DNA of 64,000 nt from Parcubacteria group bacterium (GTDB lineage: Bacteria > Patescibacteriota > Minisyncoccia > Moranbacterales > UBA2206). Positions 45,271 to 55,843 of this stretch are shown piece by piece. How positions within the stretch are numbered: the first letter of the stretch is position 1; each line of letters starts with the position of its first letter. The notes beneath the pieces were generated by a model that had not been told where the DNA came from, made no database searches, and saw nothing but the letters and a program-made list of their open reading frames with translations. Location: NCBI GenBank assembly GCA_041659505.1, contig JBAZYF010000001.1, forward strand, positions 35,654 to 99,653. Direction: 5' to 3'. A program made the translations under genes and the position numbers.

Positions 45271-47364
45271 ATGAACACTCTTCTTAAAAATATTCCCAAG
45301 ATAACTCCGAAATATCTAAAGATCCTGGAGAAGCTCGGGCTTTTTACGGTTCAAGATTTTTTGTTTTATCTCCCTTTTCGTTATGATGACTTTTCCCAAA
45401 CCATAGCGCTTTCTGATGATTATCTCAATTCTGTCGTCACTATCTCTGCAGTTGTTACTAAAACAAAATTAAACCGCATTTTCAAGCGCAAATTGACAAT
45501 TGCGGAAGTAATGTTGGAAGATGAAAACCAGACGCCCCTGAAAGCGGTCTGGTTCAATCAGCCGTTCATCCTGGATTCAATGCCACTGGGTACCGAAGTA
45601 CGACTTTCTGGAAAATTAGAGTTAAAAGGCAAATATTTCACCCTGACCAATCCCGCCTGGGAACGCGCCTCGCGCGAAAAAACCAACACCGGGCAACTCG
45701 TGCCGATCTATTCGGAAACACCAGGCCTCACTTCCAAGTGGATCCGCTGGCAAATGAAAACTTTTTTTGCCAACATTACAGACTTGGAAGATTATGTTCC
45801 GGAAGACTTGCGCAAAAAATTACATCTCTATTCTCTGCTTTCCGCTCTGCGTCAGATCCATTTTCCGGAAAATCAAGAAAAGCTACTCATCGCCCAAAAG
45901 ACTTTTGCCTTCCGGGAGATGTTTTTGATGCAACTCAAAACTTTGCAAATGAAAAATACCTGGGAAGCACAAAGCGCCACCGGCCTCGCATTGGATGAAA
46001 AATTGATCCAAGACTTTATTGAAACTTTACCCTTCAAGTTAACCGGCGCACAACACAAAGCCAGCCTGGAAATTATCAAAGACCTGGTAAAAACTTGTCC
46101 GATGAATCGCTTACTCAACGGCGACGTAGGCGCAGGAAAAACAGTCGTCGCGGCCATTTCTGCACTGAGTGCGCTTTCGCAAAATCAGCAAGTGGCGATT
46201 CTTGCTCCGACCGAAGTCTTGGCTCTCCAACATTTCCAATCATTTTCAAAACTGTTTAAAAATTATGATTTTAAGATTGCACTGCTCACCAGTTCATATA
46301 AATTAGTTTTCAAAAATTGGGAACCAAAAGCCCAAAAAATTACGCGCGAGCAAATGCTTGGGCAAATTAAAAGTGGCGAAATAAACTTAGTCATTGGCAC
46401 ACATGCTATTATCCAAAAAGATGTTGCGTTCAAAAATCTCGCACTAGTGATTATCGACGAGCAGCATCGTTTCGGCGTCGCGCAGAGGTCAGTCCTTCAA
46501 CGAGAAACTCTTGAACTGAAAGATGGAAAAAAGAAAACCATCCCCCATCTCCTCACAATGACTGCTACGCCAATCCCCCGAACTTTGGCAATCGCTTTTT
46601 TTGGCAGTCTTGATCTGTCTATCCTCGACGAGATGCCCAAAAACCGAAAACCGATCAAAACCAGAATTGTCCTGCCAGATCAAAGAGATCAGGTCTATGC
46701 GTTTATGCGCAAAGAAATCGATGCCGGCCGGCAAGTGTTTGTCATTTTACCTTTTGTCGAAGAATCTAAAGTGCTCACTGAAGTCAAAGCCGCCACAGAA
46801 GAGCATAAAAAATTATCCTTAGTTTTTCCGGAATATTCCTTAGGACTTTTGCATGGCCGTCTCAAATCGAAAGAGAAAGAAACTGTGATGCAAGATTTTA
46901 AGGATAAAAAAAGTCAAATCCTCGTTTCCACTTCGGTGGTCGAAGTCGGCATCGATATCCCCAACGCCACCATAATGCTTATTGAAAATTCCGACCGCTT
47001 CGGCCTTTCTCAACTCCACCAATTCCGCGGACGCGTCGGCCGCGGCGAACAACAATCATATTGCTTCCTTTTCACCGAATCAACCACAAAAACCGCCCTG
47101 GAACGCCTACGGGCAATGGAGAAAAGCAACGACGGTTTTGAACTTTCGGAAATTGACCTGAAACTACGCGGTCCCGGACAACTCCTCGGCAAAGCCCAAT
47201 CCGGCCTCTCCGACATCGCCATGAAAAATCTCAACAACCTAAAACTGATCAAAATCGCCCGTGAAGAAGCCCAAAATATTCTAAAAACCGACGCAAAATT
47301 AAAAAAGCATCCGCTGATCGCCAAAGCTTTGGAAAAATTCGAGAAGGATGTGCATTTGGAATAA
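45271..47364 (+). CDS. recG: ATP-dependent DNA helicase RecG
   Basis: Wedge/OB N-terminal domain. Walker A NGDVGAGKT. DEQHRFGV. Helicase motifs FTESTTK...RGRVGRG. The start is moved to the ATG at 45271 because the ORF-track start at 45226 overlaps the tRNA. Confidence 0.85.
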   Translation: MNTLLKNIPKITPKYLKILEKLGLFTVQDFLFYLPFRYDDFSQTIALSDDYLNSVVTISAVVTKTKLNRIFKRKLTIAEVMLEDENQTPLKAVWFNQPFILDSMPLGTEVRLSGKLELKGKYFTLTNPAWERASREKTNTGQLVPIYSETPGLTSKWIRWQMKTFFANITDLEDYVPEDLRKKLHLYSLLSALRQIHFPENQEKLLIAQKTFAFREMFLMQLKTLQMKNTWEAQSATGLALDEKLIQDFIETLPFKLTGAQHKASLEIIKDLVKTCPMNRLLNGDVGAGKTVVAAISALSALSQNQQVAILAPTEVLALQHFQSFSKLFKNYDFKIALLTSSYKLVFKNWEPKAQKITREQMLGQIKSGEINLVIGTHAIIQKDVAFKNLALVIIDEQHRFGVAQRSVLQRETLELKDGKKKTIPHLLTMTATPIPRTLAIAFFGSLDLSILDEMPKNRKPIKTRIVLPDQRDQVYAFMRKEIDAGRQVFVILPFVEESKVLTEVKAATEEHKKLSLVFPEYSLGLLHGRLKSKEKETVMQDFKDKKSQILVSTSVVEVGIDIPNATIMLIENSDRFGLSQLHQFRGRVGRGEQQSYCFLFTESTTKTALERLRAMEKSNDGFELSEIDLKLRGPGQLLGKAQSGLSDIAMKNLNNLKLIKIAREEAQNILKTDAKLKKHPLIAKALEKFEKDVHLE

Positions 47365-47469
47365 TCAGAACCACTGATTCGCACGTGATTTTCCTGATTA
47401 CACATGATTGAATTCTGATTTTCCCCCATCAGTGAAATCAGTGTAATCAGAGTTAATCAGTGGTTCAGA
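47365..47469. mobile_element. MITE-like element, family 5, copy 2
   Basis: TCAGAACCACTGATT ... AATCAGTGGTTCAGA. Inverted homolog of 18353..18452. The right repeat supplies the last codons LNH* of the GT4 gene and abuts the recG stop. Confidence 0.65.
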
Positions 47470-48602
47470 CACCCCGTATACACCTTCAAAAGTTTCTCCG
47501 CACAAACCTCGCTCGTAAAATTTTCCCGCGCAATTTTGCCTGACGCTTCACCAAAACGCTTGCGTAAACTTTCATCGTTAATCAATTTCAAAACGGCAGT
47601 GGAAAATTCCTTTTCATCTTCTCGCACTAAAAATCCATTGGCCTTGTTAAGGGCGAGACTGCTGATGCCGGTGGAATCGACCGCTACGATGGGAAGATAC
47701 ATATGCATCGCTTCGAGCGGAATAATCCCTTGTGTTTCAGATTTGGAACCGTAGACGAAAATATCCGCCGCGGCATAATAATTTTTTAACTCATCATGCG
47801 AAACTAGACCGGCAAAAATCACTGAAGCGGAAAGATTATTTTCCTCACAATATTTTTTCAACTTTGGCAAAAGATAACCATCCCCTGCCACAAGAAATTT
47901 TACTTTTTTATTTTGCGCCAAAACATCCCTTACTGAGCGAAAAATAAATTCAATATTTTTTTCTTCCGTCAAACGAGACACCAAAAACAGTACGGTCTCG
48001 TCTGGGGCGATGCTATAAATTTTCCGCACGACTTCTCGATCAGCTCCGTCAAATTCTTCCGCCTTGATGCCGGTCGCGATCGGAATGATTTCTTTTTGCA
48101 CGCCCCACTTTTTCAAAATCGGAATAATGGAAGCGGTTGGGGCGATGACTGCATCAGAATGATTAGCATATTCAACTGCCTTTTTTATAATATAATTCGC
48201 CGCCCATTTTTTGGGAATGAGCGGAATAAAATTCGTATATTGATCGTAGAGCGTATGCCAAGTGAACACGAGTGGGATTTTCTTTTTTTTGGCCCAACGC
48301 ATCGCAGCCGAACCCAAAAGATTGGGATGTTGGGAATGGATGATATCAATTTTCAAGTCTTTCAGAATTCGATGAATTTTCCAAGAATATGGAATCGGCA
48401 AGGGAAAGCGAAATTTAAATTCAATATCAATTGATGGAAAACGAAAAACATTCGGATTTTTATCCGCATAGTCTTTCCATTTGGGCGCGAAAATATAGAC
48501 GGTGTGGCCACGCTTTTCCAGCTCCGCGCGAAAAGTTTCGACGGAAACCGTCACTCCGTATGGATTAGGCAAGTAATTGTTGGTGAAAATGGCAATATTC
48601 AT
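47457..48602 (-). CDS. Family 4 glycosyltransferase (group 1)
   Basis: 381 aa, GT-B fold. E...E motif region ETQGIIPLEAMHMYLPIVAVDSTGISSL. Confidence 0.75.
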   Translation of the reverse strand: MNIAIFTNNYLPNPYGVTVSVETFRAELEKRGHTVYIFAPKWKDYADKNPNVFRFPSIDIEFKFRFPLPIPYSWKIHRILKDLKIDIIHSQHPNLLGSAAMRWAKKKKIPLVFTWHTLYDQYTNFIPLIPKKWAANYIIKKAVEYANHSDAVIAPTASIIPILKKWGVQKEIIPIATGIKAEEFDGADREVVRKIYSIAPDETVLFLVSRLTEEKNIEFIFRSVRDVLAQNKKVKFLVAGDGYLLPKLKKYCEENNLSASVIFAGLVSHDELKNYYAAADIFVYGSKSETQGIIPLEAMHMYLPIVAVDSTGISSLALNKANGFLVREDEKEFSTAVLKLINDESLRKRFGEASGKIARENFTSEVCAEKLLKVYTGCLNH

Positions 48603-48607
48603 ATTGC

Positions 48608-49465
48608 TCAGTTTTTATCTAAAAAATCCAGGATGTCCTTAAAAATATTTTCATTTTTAATATCGGAGATGAAAGTATGATAGGCGTCTTTGATATATTT
48701 TTTTTGTTTTATCCCTGATCCAATTTTGGCAAAAATTTGCTCAAGACTTTTTTTGGTCACGATATGATCAATGGAAGATTGCATTATGAGACATGGTTGA
48801 GTAATTTTTCCCATGACACGCCGAGAAAATTTGGCCAGTTTCAAAATTTCCAAAACGCTCCTGATCGGATAGGTTTGGTAGGATATTTTTCTGGTTACCA
48901 TCTCTCCAGACCCAAAAGACGGCGGATAGTATTTTTTGTAATATTTCCTAAACAGCAACATGATTCTGGCAAAGAGATGCATAATTTTTTCCATCCGCAA
49001 TTTGTATGGCATCGCCATAAGCACAAGACCAGAAATTTCTGGATTATTTCCCGCCAAAATTGAAGCCAGACTTGCACCAAGTGACGTTCCAATGACATAA
49101 ATTTTTTTGTGATTTTCTCTCAATTTGGAATAGGCATTTTCAACGTCCTCATTCCAGATTTTCCATGAAACATTTTCCAAGTCTTTTGGAACAGTTCCGT
49201 GACCGGTCAGAAGCGGAGCATAAACAGTATAGCCCTTTGAGTGCAGATATTTTCCCAGTCGCCTCAGTTCATAGGGCGTCGTTGTCCAACCGTGGACCAA
49301 AAGAACGGCTCGGCCGTTTTCGCCGGGAAAATAAAAAGGCTTGTCGATAAACGCAAGCTCATCGCCACAAAGCATCTCCGGTTCAGTAGAAACAGCTTCC
49401 CTTTCTTTTTCCTCAGTCAAATTAACCATGTTTAATATCTTACTACTTTTCTCCAATTTAGCCAA
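48608..49465 (-). CDS. Alpha/beta hydrolase (lysophospholipase / monoacylglycerol lipase-like)
   Basis: LLVHGWTTTP..., nucleophile elbow GTSLG, C-terminal His. Confidence 0.65.
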   Translation of the reverse strand: MAKLEKSSKILNMVNLTEEKEREAVSTEPEMLCGDELAFIDKPFYFPGENGRAVLLVHGWTTTPYELRRLGKYLHSKGYTVYAPLLTGHGTVPKDLENVSWKIWNEDVENAYSKLRENHKKIYVIGTSLGASLASILAGNNPEISGLVLMAMPYKLRMEKIMHLFARIMLLFRKYYKKYYPPSFGSGEMVTRKISYQTYPIRSVLEILKLAKFSRRVMGKITQPCLIMQSSIDHIVTKKSLEQIFAKIGSGIKQKKYIKDAYHTFISDIKNENIFKDILDFLDKN

Positions 49466-49533
49466 CTAGAGAATAAAAAAATCGCCCAAACCGTTGGTCG
49501 ATCAAAATTAGGCTGGGATAAGCATGCTATGCC

Positions 49534-50142
49534 CTATTTCTTCCCATCATAATCCTTAAGCATTTTCTTCGCTTGATAATTCTTATAGAGCATGACTATA
49601 GCTATTGAAAAAAATGCCAGCGCAAAAATTATCCAGCCGATCCATTCGATGTATTGCTTAATATCCCGCCAGAGATAACCATAGAAATAGCCCATGGCCA
49701 CCAAAAAACCGCTCCAGATTATTCCGCCGTAGACGGAATTTTTCAAAAAAGTGCGAAAGTCCATCTTGGCAATTCCAGCTGCCGCAAAAGTCGCCCAGCA
49801 AAGTCCGGTCGTTGACTTCACGGCAAGAATTGTTTTTCCGCCATGTTTTTTGAAATATTCCTGCATCCGCAAAACTAATTTTTCCGTGATGCCCAAATAT
49901 TTTCCCACATGATGGACAAACCCCATGCCAAATTTGTAGCCCAATGCATAAAGTGCCACATCGCCGATGACGTCGCCTAAAATCGAAAAAAGTAAGACTA
50001 AAAAAACATTAAAAGCGCCCAGTGATGCCAACATCGCCGCAATCACCGTCACGACTGGTCCTTCCACAATCATCAAGGGAAGCATCATCCAATAACCGTA
50101 CTGGTGCAAAAACTGAAAGATATTTTGACCAAGTTGTTCCAT
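49534..50142 (-). CDS. DedA-family (VTT domain) membrane protein, second paralog
   Basis: Same architecture as 42657..43235: GYKFGMGFVHHVGKYL ... GGKTILAVKSTTGLCWATFAAAGIAKMDFRTF. Confidence 0.7.
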   Translation of the reverse strand: MEQLGQNIFQFLHQYGYWMMLPLMIVEGPVVTVIAAMLASLGAFNVFLVLLFSILGDVIGDVALYALGYKFGMGFVHHVGKYLGITEKLVLRMQEYFKKHGGKTILAVKSTTGLCWATFAAAGIAKMDFRTFLKNSVYGGIIWSGFLVAMGYFYGYLWRDIKQYIEWIGWIIFALAFFSIAIVMLYKNYQAKKMLKDYDGKK

Positions 50143-50522
50143 ATTTTATCGTAGCCTCAAGGGGAGTCGCTCTTCATCCGTCCTTCGGCGTGCCTACGGC
50201 ACATGCCTCACTCCTCCCTCAGAGCCTGGGTTTTCAAAAAAGTGAAGCCCCGTCTGCTTGTCGCAGACAGGCTTTTTGAAATACCCGTCCGACTCTATAA
50301 AAAATTATAGCCCGAAAAACTCTTTGATTGGTACTGCTTTCAAAACAATATGTAGCCTCAAGGGGAGTCGGACCCCTCTTTTCAGGATGAAAACCTGATG
50401 TCCTAACCGATAGACGATGAGGCCAAAACCAAAACAAAGCAAAACTGCTTTTTTCAACTTATTTATCTAAAAAACATAATATCACAGCTTGAAAAATAAA
50501 TCCAGTGCTTGGCTGAAAAAGT

Positions 50523-50570
50523 AAAAAGCGCCCCGGATCGACTATTAAAAATAGCCGACCGAGGGCGCTT
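50523..50570 (-). terminator. Rho-independent terminator of the secreted-protein gene
   Basis: The minus strand reads AAGCGCCC-loop-GGGCGCTTTTTAC. Confidence 0.5.
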
Positions 50571-50589
50571 ATGAAAGCAAAGATCAAAA

Positions 50590-51465
50590 TTATTTCTTTC
50601 GGATTATTCCATAGTCGGGAAAGTCTAGAGATTCTCTCCGATACGCACCTTCTTGATAAATATCCAGACTTTTGACAAACTCAATTTTCTCACTGCCAGC
50701 CTTGCCTTTTTTGGCCGTGTTTTCCAGTACGATAAACATGATATGCCGCCAAACGGCTTTCTGAGTATGCGCACCTTCTTCGCACGATGCTGGTTTTCCA
50801 AAAATAACATCCAGATCATGGTCATATTCTGTCGGCTCAAATAAAAAAAAGCTTTTGGCCAATTTTTTGTTATTAGTCATTTCCTTGATAATCTTCCTCG
50901 CTTCGCCATACACATATCTCCTATACTTTTTCTCTCCTAGGAAACTCAGAAAATTATTCTGAAATGTCTGAGCATCGCGCTCCATAACCCAATAATCCCC
51001 TTTTTTGTATTTTCTATTAAGGATATAGTAGGCTCGGGCATATTCCCGAGAAAGGACAATGGCTTTTCCATAATAACTAAATTGCGTATCGCCTTTAACC
51101 ATAATAGAACGCACGTCTGGCAAGAATTGTGCCGGAGGAGAAAATATAGTGTCCTCCCAGTTAATAGATAGCTGGCGTTCATCTTCGAACACCGGAACCA
51201 TAAAAATTAACTTAGCAAATTTTTTATCCTCCAACGGCTCAATCATATTGCAATCCGGCCGGAGCTTGCCGGTGGTAATATTTGTCTCAATGAAATCAGC
51301 GACGTTGCCTATCTGCTGACTTTCCAACCAAATGGCGACAACATAAAAACTTTCTCGCCATTCTTTCGCAGTCCTTAAATGCCGCTCAACTTCATTGGAA
51401 AGCGCAGATGTGGCAATTGAAACTACCACGATAATAGCCGATAAAAAAACTAATGCTTCCTTCAT
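50590..51465 (-). CDS. Hypothetical secreted protein
   Basis: 291 aa. Signal peptide MKEALVFLSAIIVVVSIATSALS. No recognisable domain. Confidence 0.4.
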   Translation of the reverse strand: MKEALVFLSAIIVVVSIATSALSNEVERHLRTAKEWRESFYVVAIWLESQQIGNVADFIETNITTGKLRPDCNMIEPLEDKKFAKLIFMVPVFEDERQLSINWEDTIFSPPAQFLPDVRSIMVKGDTQFSYYGKAIVLSREYARAYYILNRKYKKGDYWVMERDAQTFQNNFLSFLGEKKYRRYVYGEARKIIKEMTNNKKLAKSFFLFEPTEYDHDLDVIFGKPASCEEGAHTQKAVWRHIMFIVLENTAKKGKAGSEKIEFVKSLDIYQEGAYRRESLDFPDYGIIRKK

Positions 51466-51621
51466 GACGCTATCTCCTTTTTATTAGATTTTTTACAATT
51501 ATATGAATTTGTTAATATGCTATTTGGCTTTATATATTACCCTATTTCCCATTAAAAGTCAACAAAAATTGCAATTATGCCCTATCTCAGCTAAGATAAA
51601 AGGATAAACCTGACCAAAATT

Positions 51622-52674
51622 ATGATTATTCTAGGCCTGGAAACATCTTGCGACGAAACTGCGGCTTCCGTTTTGGAAGTGGAGAATGAGCACGTTACCG
51701 TGCTTTCTAGCGTTATTTCCTCCCAAATTGCCCTCCACGCTACTTGGGGCGGTGTCGTTCCTAATTTAGCGGCTAGGGAGCATTTGAAAAATATTTTACC
51801 CGTCATTGGAACAACACTCGAAAAAGCGGGCAAAAAACCCGCGGAAATTGATTTAATGGCCGTCACTAAAGGCCCCGGCCTCATTCCGGCACTACTCATT
51901 GGTACCACAACTGCCAAGACACTTGCCTATCTCTGGCGCGTACCATTGATCGGCATCCATCACATTGAAGGTCACATTTATGCCAATTTTATTTCTACTA
52001 AAAATAATACACTAAAGTTTCCCATTCTGGCGCTCGTTGTTTCTGGCGGTCACACCCAATTGGTTCTGATGAAAAAGCATCTGGACTATGAAATCATCGG
52101 CGAAACGGTCGATGACGCGGTCGGTGAAGCTTTTGACAAAGTGGCGCGCATCTTAGGCTTAGGCTATCCTGGCGGTCCAGCAGTGGCAAACCTAGCTGAC
52201 AAATTCACTGGGGAGAAAAAATTCAAAATCACGCTCCCCCGCCCGATGCTCAAATCGGCTAATTTTAATTTTTCTTTTTCGGGACTCAAAACTGCTGTGC
52301 TATATGCCACTAAGAAAAATCCGGAAAATTTTAAAGATCAAGACTATATTTCCGAAATGTGTCATGAATTTCAGTCGGCCGTAACCGATGTACTGATTGC
52401 CAAAACGATCCGCGCGGCCAAAAAATATGTGCCAAAGACCATCCTGCTGGCTGGCGGAGTAAGCGCGAACACAGCTTTGCGGGAAAAATTAACAGCAACC
52501 ACTGAGAAAGATTTAAAAAATACAATTTGTCTTGTGCCTGAATTTGCCTATAGCCTTGACAATGCCGCGATGATTGCGATGGCTGGATATTACCGCTGGA
52601 AAAATTTGAAAGATAAAAAATCACTGGAAAAAACCTGGCAAGATATGCAGACTAGCGCGAGTTTGAAGATGTAA
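51622..52674 (+). CDS. tsaD: tRNA N6-adenosine threonylcarbamoyltransferase
   Basis: ILGLETSCDETAASV...HIEGHI...GGVSAN. Kae1/TsaD family along the full length. Confidence 0.9.
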   Translation: MIILGLETSCDETAASVLEVENEHVTVLSSVISSQIALHATWGGVVPNLAAREHLKNILPVIGTTLEKAGKKPAEIDLMAVTKGPGLIPALLIGTTTAKTLAYLWRVPLIGIHHIEGHIYANFISTKNNTLKFPILALVVSGGHTQLVLMKKHLDYEIIGETVDDAVGEAFDKVARILGLGYPGGPAVANLADKFTGEKKFKITLPRPMLKSANFNFSFSGLKTAVLYATKKNPENFKDQDYISEMCHEFQSAVTDVLIAKTIRAAKKYVPKTILLAGGVSANTALREKLTATTEKDLKNTICLVPEFAYSLDNAAMIAMAGYYRWKNLKDKKSLEKTWQDMQTSASLKM

Positions 52675-52679
52675 TTTAG

Positions 52680-52837
52680 CTCCCCTTCGCCCTTAGGGAG
52701 AAGGTGGCCGAAGGCCGGATGAGGGAAAGGGCGTTAGATAAAATTATTACTTTCCTACACAGAACATTTTTATTTTTTAGTATCACCCTTGCCCTCACCT
52801 GTCCTTCGGACATCCTCTCCCGAGGGGAGAAGAGGAT
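52680..52837. mobile_element. MITE-like element, family 3, copy 2
   Basis: CTCCCCTTCGCCCTTAGGGAGAAGGTGGCCGAAGGCCGGATGAGGGAAAGGG ... CCCTTGCCCTCACCTGTCCTTCGGACATCCTCTCCCGAGGGGAGAAGAGG. The arms are mutually inverted and homologous to 20850..21006. Confidence 0.65.
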
Positions 52838-52905
52838 TTTAATAAAAATTCGTACAAATTCGCCCGCCTTCCGATAGTCAATTAATTCGTAGAAAAAAAT
52901 AATTT

Positions 52906-53346
52906 ATGCTACCATTTTTCGAAGGCATCATTGCCGCCATCGGCGCATTAGTCATCGAACTCAGTCCGCCTATTTTTGGTCTGACACTCATAGAAAATTC
53001 TTTGCTTTTTTTACTGCTTATGGCGAGCGTCGAAGAAATAGTAAAATACACTTTCGTCTATAATCATTACCTAAAATCAAAAAATAAAGAGGATATTCTT
53101 GCGAGTGCCTTTTTCATCGGACTGGGTTTTGCTCTTGTAGACATTTTTACGAAAAAACTAGCCTATGCAAATATTGGATTTTTACCCATTGTTGGCATAT
53201 TAATGATACATCTTACTACTGCCACGCTACTAGGGATATTCTTTAGAAAAATTACTCACAAAACTCTTTATTTCAGTCTCCTATTACTTGGACTAAATAT
53301 AGCGCTACACTTGACTTACAATCTGCTTGTTTTACTCTATCAATAG
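52906..53346 (+). CDS. Hypothetical small membrane protein
   Basis: 146 aa, four predicted TM helices. Confidence 0.35.
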   Translation: MLPFFEGIIAAIGALVIELSPPIFGLTLIENSLLFLLLMASVEEIVKYTFVYNHYLKSKNKEDILASAFFIGLGFALVDIFTKKLAYANIGFLPIVGILMIHLTTATLLGIFFRKITHKTLYFSLLLLGLNIALHLTYNLLVLLYQ

Positions 53347-53375
53347 CCCTTATGGGGGGAAATAAATACATTAAC

Positions 53376-53404
53376 TTGCCAAATACCAACAGTCCCGCTA
53401 TAAT
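53376..53404 (+). promoter_or_regulatory. Sigma70-type promoter upstream of hsp20
   Basis: TTGCCA at 53376-53381, a 17 nt spacer, TATAAT at 53399-53404. About 33 nt upstream of the ATG. Confidence 0.5.
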
Positions 53405-53436
53405 TCAAGCATAATGTAATAAATAATTTTTGAATT

Positions 53437-54000
53437 ATGACCAAAATAAAAAAATCATTTTTAGAAAGATTGACTGGGGCGAGAACGATTGATGATGACA
53501 CCTACCAACCAGAAAGACCAATCTCTCCAAGCGTGAATATGTACGGCAACGAAGAGGAGGAAGTCGAGATGGAAAGAGAGATTTCCGCCCGCTCAATGCA
53601 AAGCCAATATTCACGTGATGATCAAGAAGATGAACGGGAAGAATCTCCTGCGCATGAAATGGAAAGTAATGAGGGGCAATTAACCATTGATGTCTACCAG
53701 ACGGACAATGACATCGTCATCAAATCAACAATCGCTGGGGTAAAGCCAGAAGACCTTGATGTCAGCATCAATAATGACATGCTCACGATTCGCGGAGAGA
53801 GAAAGAATGAGGAGAATGTGATAGAGGAAAATTATTATTACCAAGAATGCTATTGGGGTTCTTTTTCCCGCTCAGTCATATTGCCGATTGATGTGATGGC
53901 CGACAAAATCGAGGCCTCGATGAAAAATGGGATCTTGACCGTGAGAATGCCCAAGGCCGAAAGCAATAAATCAAAAAAAATCCAAGTTCGAGGGTTCTAA
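53437..54000 (+). CDS. Hsp20/alpha-crystallin small heat-shock protein with an acidic N-terminal extension
   Basis: ACD pattern LTIDVYQTDNDIVIKSTIAGVKPEDLDVSI..DMLTIRGERK...GSFSRSVILP...ASMKNGILTV. Followed by a hairpin and T-run at about 54030-54060. Confidence 0.8.
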   Translation: MTKIKKSFLERLTGARTIDDDTYQPERPISPSVNMYGNEEEEVEMEREISARSMQSQYSRDDQEDEREESPAHEMESNEGQLTIDVYQTDNDIVIKSTIAGVKPEDLDVSINNDMLTIRGERKNEENVIEENYYYQECYWGSFSRSVILPIDVMADKIEASMKNGILTVRMPKAESNKSKKIQVRGF

Positions 54001-54077
54001 TCTGAAATCATAATCAGTGTTTTTTAAAAACCTCGCTCTTATTGCGGGGTTTTTGTTTTTGATATATCCTTAAAGGT

Positions 54078-55385
54078 ATGAAATCGAGTTATTATTTCAC
54101 TATTTTTTTATTTGCCTTTTTCCTTTTTTCGCCCAGTTGCTCGGCGGAAATGATTGATTTGGGTTTTTTCAACACGCATGAAATATTAAGTAACCAAAAA
54201 ACTGATCTGTCTGTCAAAATCAGAAACGAAAAGGCCATAATTCCGGCGACCGAAGTGGCTGGCTGGTTTCGAGAAAATCCTTCACTAGACTATAGCGCAG
54301 GCTATGGATCAGAAATAGAAAATGGCAACCTTTGCGCCTATAGCAAATCTTTACTTTGCAAATTAGTCTTTAGCTATCGTCAAGAAGCACATTTTAAAAA
54401 AAAAATTCTCATCAGCTTAGACACCGAACTGATGAAAAAATCTATCACCAATCTATCCGATACAGTCAACTCAGATCCGATCAATCCCGGCCTCAAGATT
54501 GAAGACGGAAAAGTGACTCTTTTTTCTCTAAGTAGCAAAGGACTCAAACTGGATGAGGACAAGAGCCTCATAATGCTCATCGATTCGCTCAAAAACAACT
54601 CAACCGCCAGTGAATTAAATCTACCTTACACCGAAATTGATCCGACAGTCACGCAAGATTCCATCGAAAACATGGGGATCAACACTCTGCTCGGCGAAGG
54701 CCATTCTAATTTCAAAGGTTCACCAAAGAATCGGATTTTCAACATCAATGTCGCGACTGATCGCTTCAATGGAGTGCTTATCAAACCGAAAGAGGAATTT
54801 TCTTTTGTCAGTGTCTTAGGTGAAGTTGATGGCGAGCACGGATACCTCCCTGAACTCGTAATCAAACAAGACAAAACTGAACCGGAATTTGGCGGTGGAA
54901 TTTGCCAAGTTTCCACAACAGCTTTTCGCGCCGCGATTTATTCCGGACTGGAAATTACCGCCAGAAGAAACCATGCCTATCCTGTGAGCTACTACAACCC
55001 CCAAGGAATGGACTCCACTGTCTATGTCCCAAAGCCGGACTTGCGCTTCATCAATGACACGCCGGGCTATATCTTGCTTCAAACAAAAATTGAAGGAACG
55101 GAGCTGACTTTCCAATTTTATGGCACGTCGGATGGCAGAAAAACAACTGTGCTTGGTCCGACCATCCTGGAAAGAAATCCTGACGGTTCGATGAAAACCA
55201 CTTTCACGCAACAAGTTTATGACAAAGATAATAACCTGGTTCGTGAAGACGAGTTTAAAAGCAACTACGAATCACCTTCAAAATTTCCGCACCCAGGAGA
55301 AACAACAGGCCTGCTCACTAAAAAACCGAAAAAATGGTCAGATCGCGAATGGCGAGTTTATAAAAAAGAACATGGGATGAACTAA
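54078..55385 (+). CDS. VanW-family secreted protein
   Basis: Signal peptide. VanW signature GGGICQVSTTAFRAAIYSGL. Confidence 0.65.
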   Translation: MKSSYYFTIFLFAFFLFSPSCSAEMIDLGFFNTHEILSNQKTDLSVKIRNEKAIIPATEVAGWFRENPSLDYSAGYGSEIENGNLCAYSKSLLCKLVFSYRQEAHFKKKILISLDTELMKKSITNLSDTVNSDPINPGLKIEDGKVTLFSLSSKGLKLDEDKSLIMLIDSLKNNSTASELNLPYTEIDPTVTQDSIENMGINTLLGEGHSNFKGSPKNRIFNINVATDRFNGVLIKPKEEFSFVSVLGEVDGEHGYLPELVIKQDKTEPEFGGGICQVSTTAFRAAIYSGLEITARRNHAYPVSYYNPQGMDSTVYVPKPDLRFINDTPGYILLQTKIEGTELTFQFYGTSDGRKTTVLGPTILERNPDGSMKTTFTQQVYDKDNNLVREDEFKSNYESPSKFPHPGETTGLLTKKPKKWSDREWRVYKKEHGMN

Positions 55386-55470
55386 GCGCCGGTTAAGATT
55401 GACTTAATCTGCTAATTTTGATAAGCTAATATCGCGTTGCCAATGGGCAATTTTTTATCTTGATTACCCT

Positions 55471-55516
55471 GCGCCGGTAGCTTCCGCCCGAGGCGGACAA
55501 GCAACGGATAGAGCGT
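55471..55516 (+). other. Pseudo-duplicate of the tRNA-Arg(TCT) 5' end with an inserted GC hairpin
   Basis: GCGCCGGTAGCT equals nt 1-12 of the downstream tRNA. It is followed by TCCGCCCGAGGCGGA and then GGATAGAGCG, which is the D-loop remainder. Confidence 0.45.
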
Positions 55517-55554
55517 GCGTTAAGCCAAGCTGAAAAAATCAAAAGCAATACCTT

Positions 55555-55627
55555 GCGCCGGTAGCTCAGTGGATAGAGCAGTAGCCTTCTAAGCTATTGG
55601 TCGCAGGTTCGATTCCTGCCCGGCGCA
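55555..55627 (+). tRNA. tRNA-Arg (anticodon TCT)
   Basis: GCGCCGG acceptor, anticodon stem GTAGC/GCTAT with loop cTTCTaa, T-arm GCAGGTTCGATTCCTGC. Confidence 0.8.
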
Positions 55628-55641
55628 CACAAAAGAATATC

Positions 55642-55714
55642 GCCCTTATAGCTCAGTTGGTAGAGCAGCTCCCTCTTAAGGAGATGGTCCTAGGTTCAAA
55701 TCCTAGTGAGGGCA
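55642..55714 (+). tRNA. tRNA-Lys (anticodon CTT)
   Basis: GCCCTTA acceptor, anticodon loop cTCTTaa, T-arm CTAGGTTCAAATCCTAG. Confidence 0.75.
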
Positions 55715-55737
55715 CGAGAAGTTAAAGTTTTCAGAGT

Positions 55738-55809
55738 GGTGGCTATAGTTTAGTGGTAAAACTCGGGTTTGTGGTACCTGCGTCGAGAGTTCGATTCTCT
55801 CTAGCCACC
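55738..55809 (+). tRNA. tRNA-His (anticodon GTG) with an encoded G-1
   Basis: An extra 5' G pairs with C73. Anticodon stem CGGGT/ACCTG with loop tTGTGgt. T-arm GAGAGTTCGATTCTCTC. Confidence 0.75.
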
Positions 55810-55843
55810 CCCCTGAAAAGTTTAGACAAGCAAAAAATTAAAT

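Noticed and set aside
55406-55440. Promoter call (TTGACT...TAAGCT) upstream of the tRNA cluster
   Set aside because: The -10 candidate is weak and the spacing is ambiguous. Not reported as a feature.
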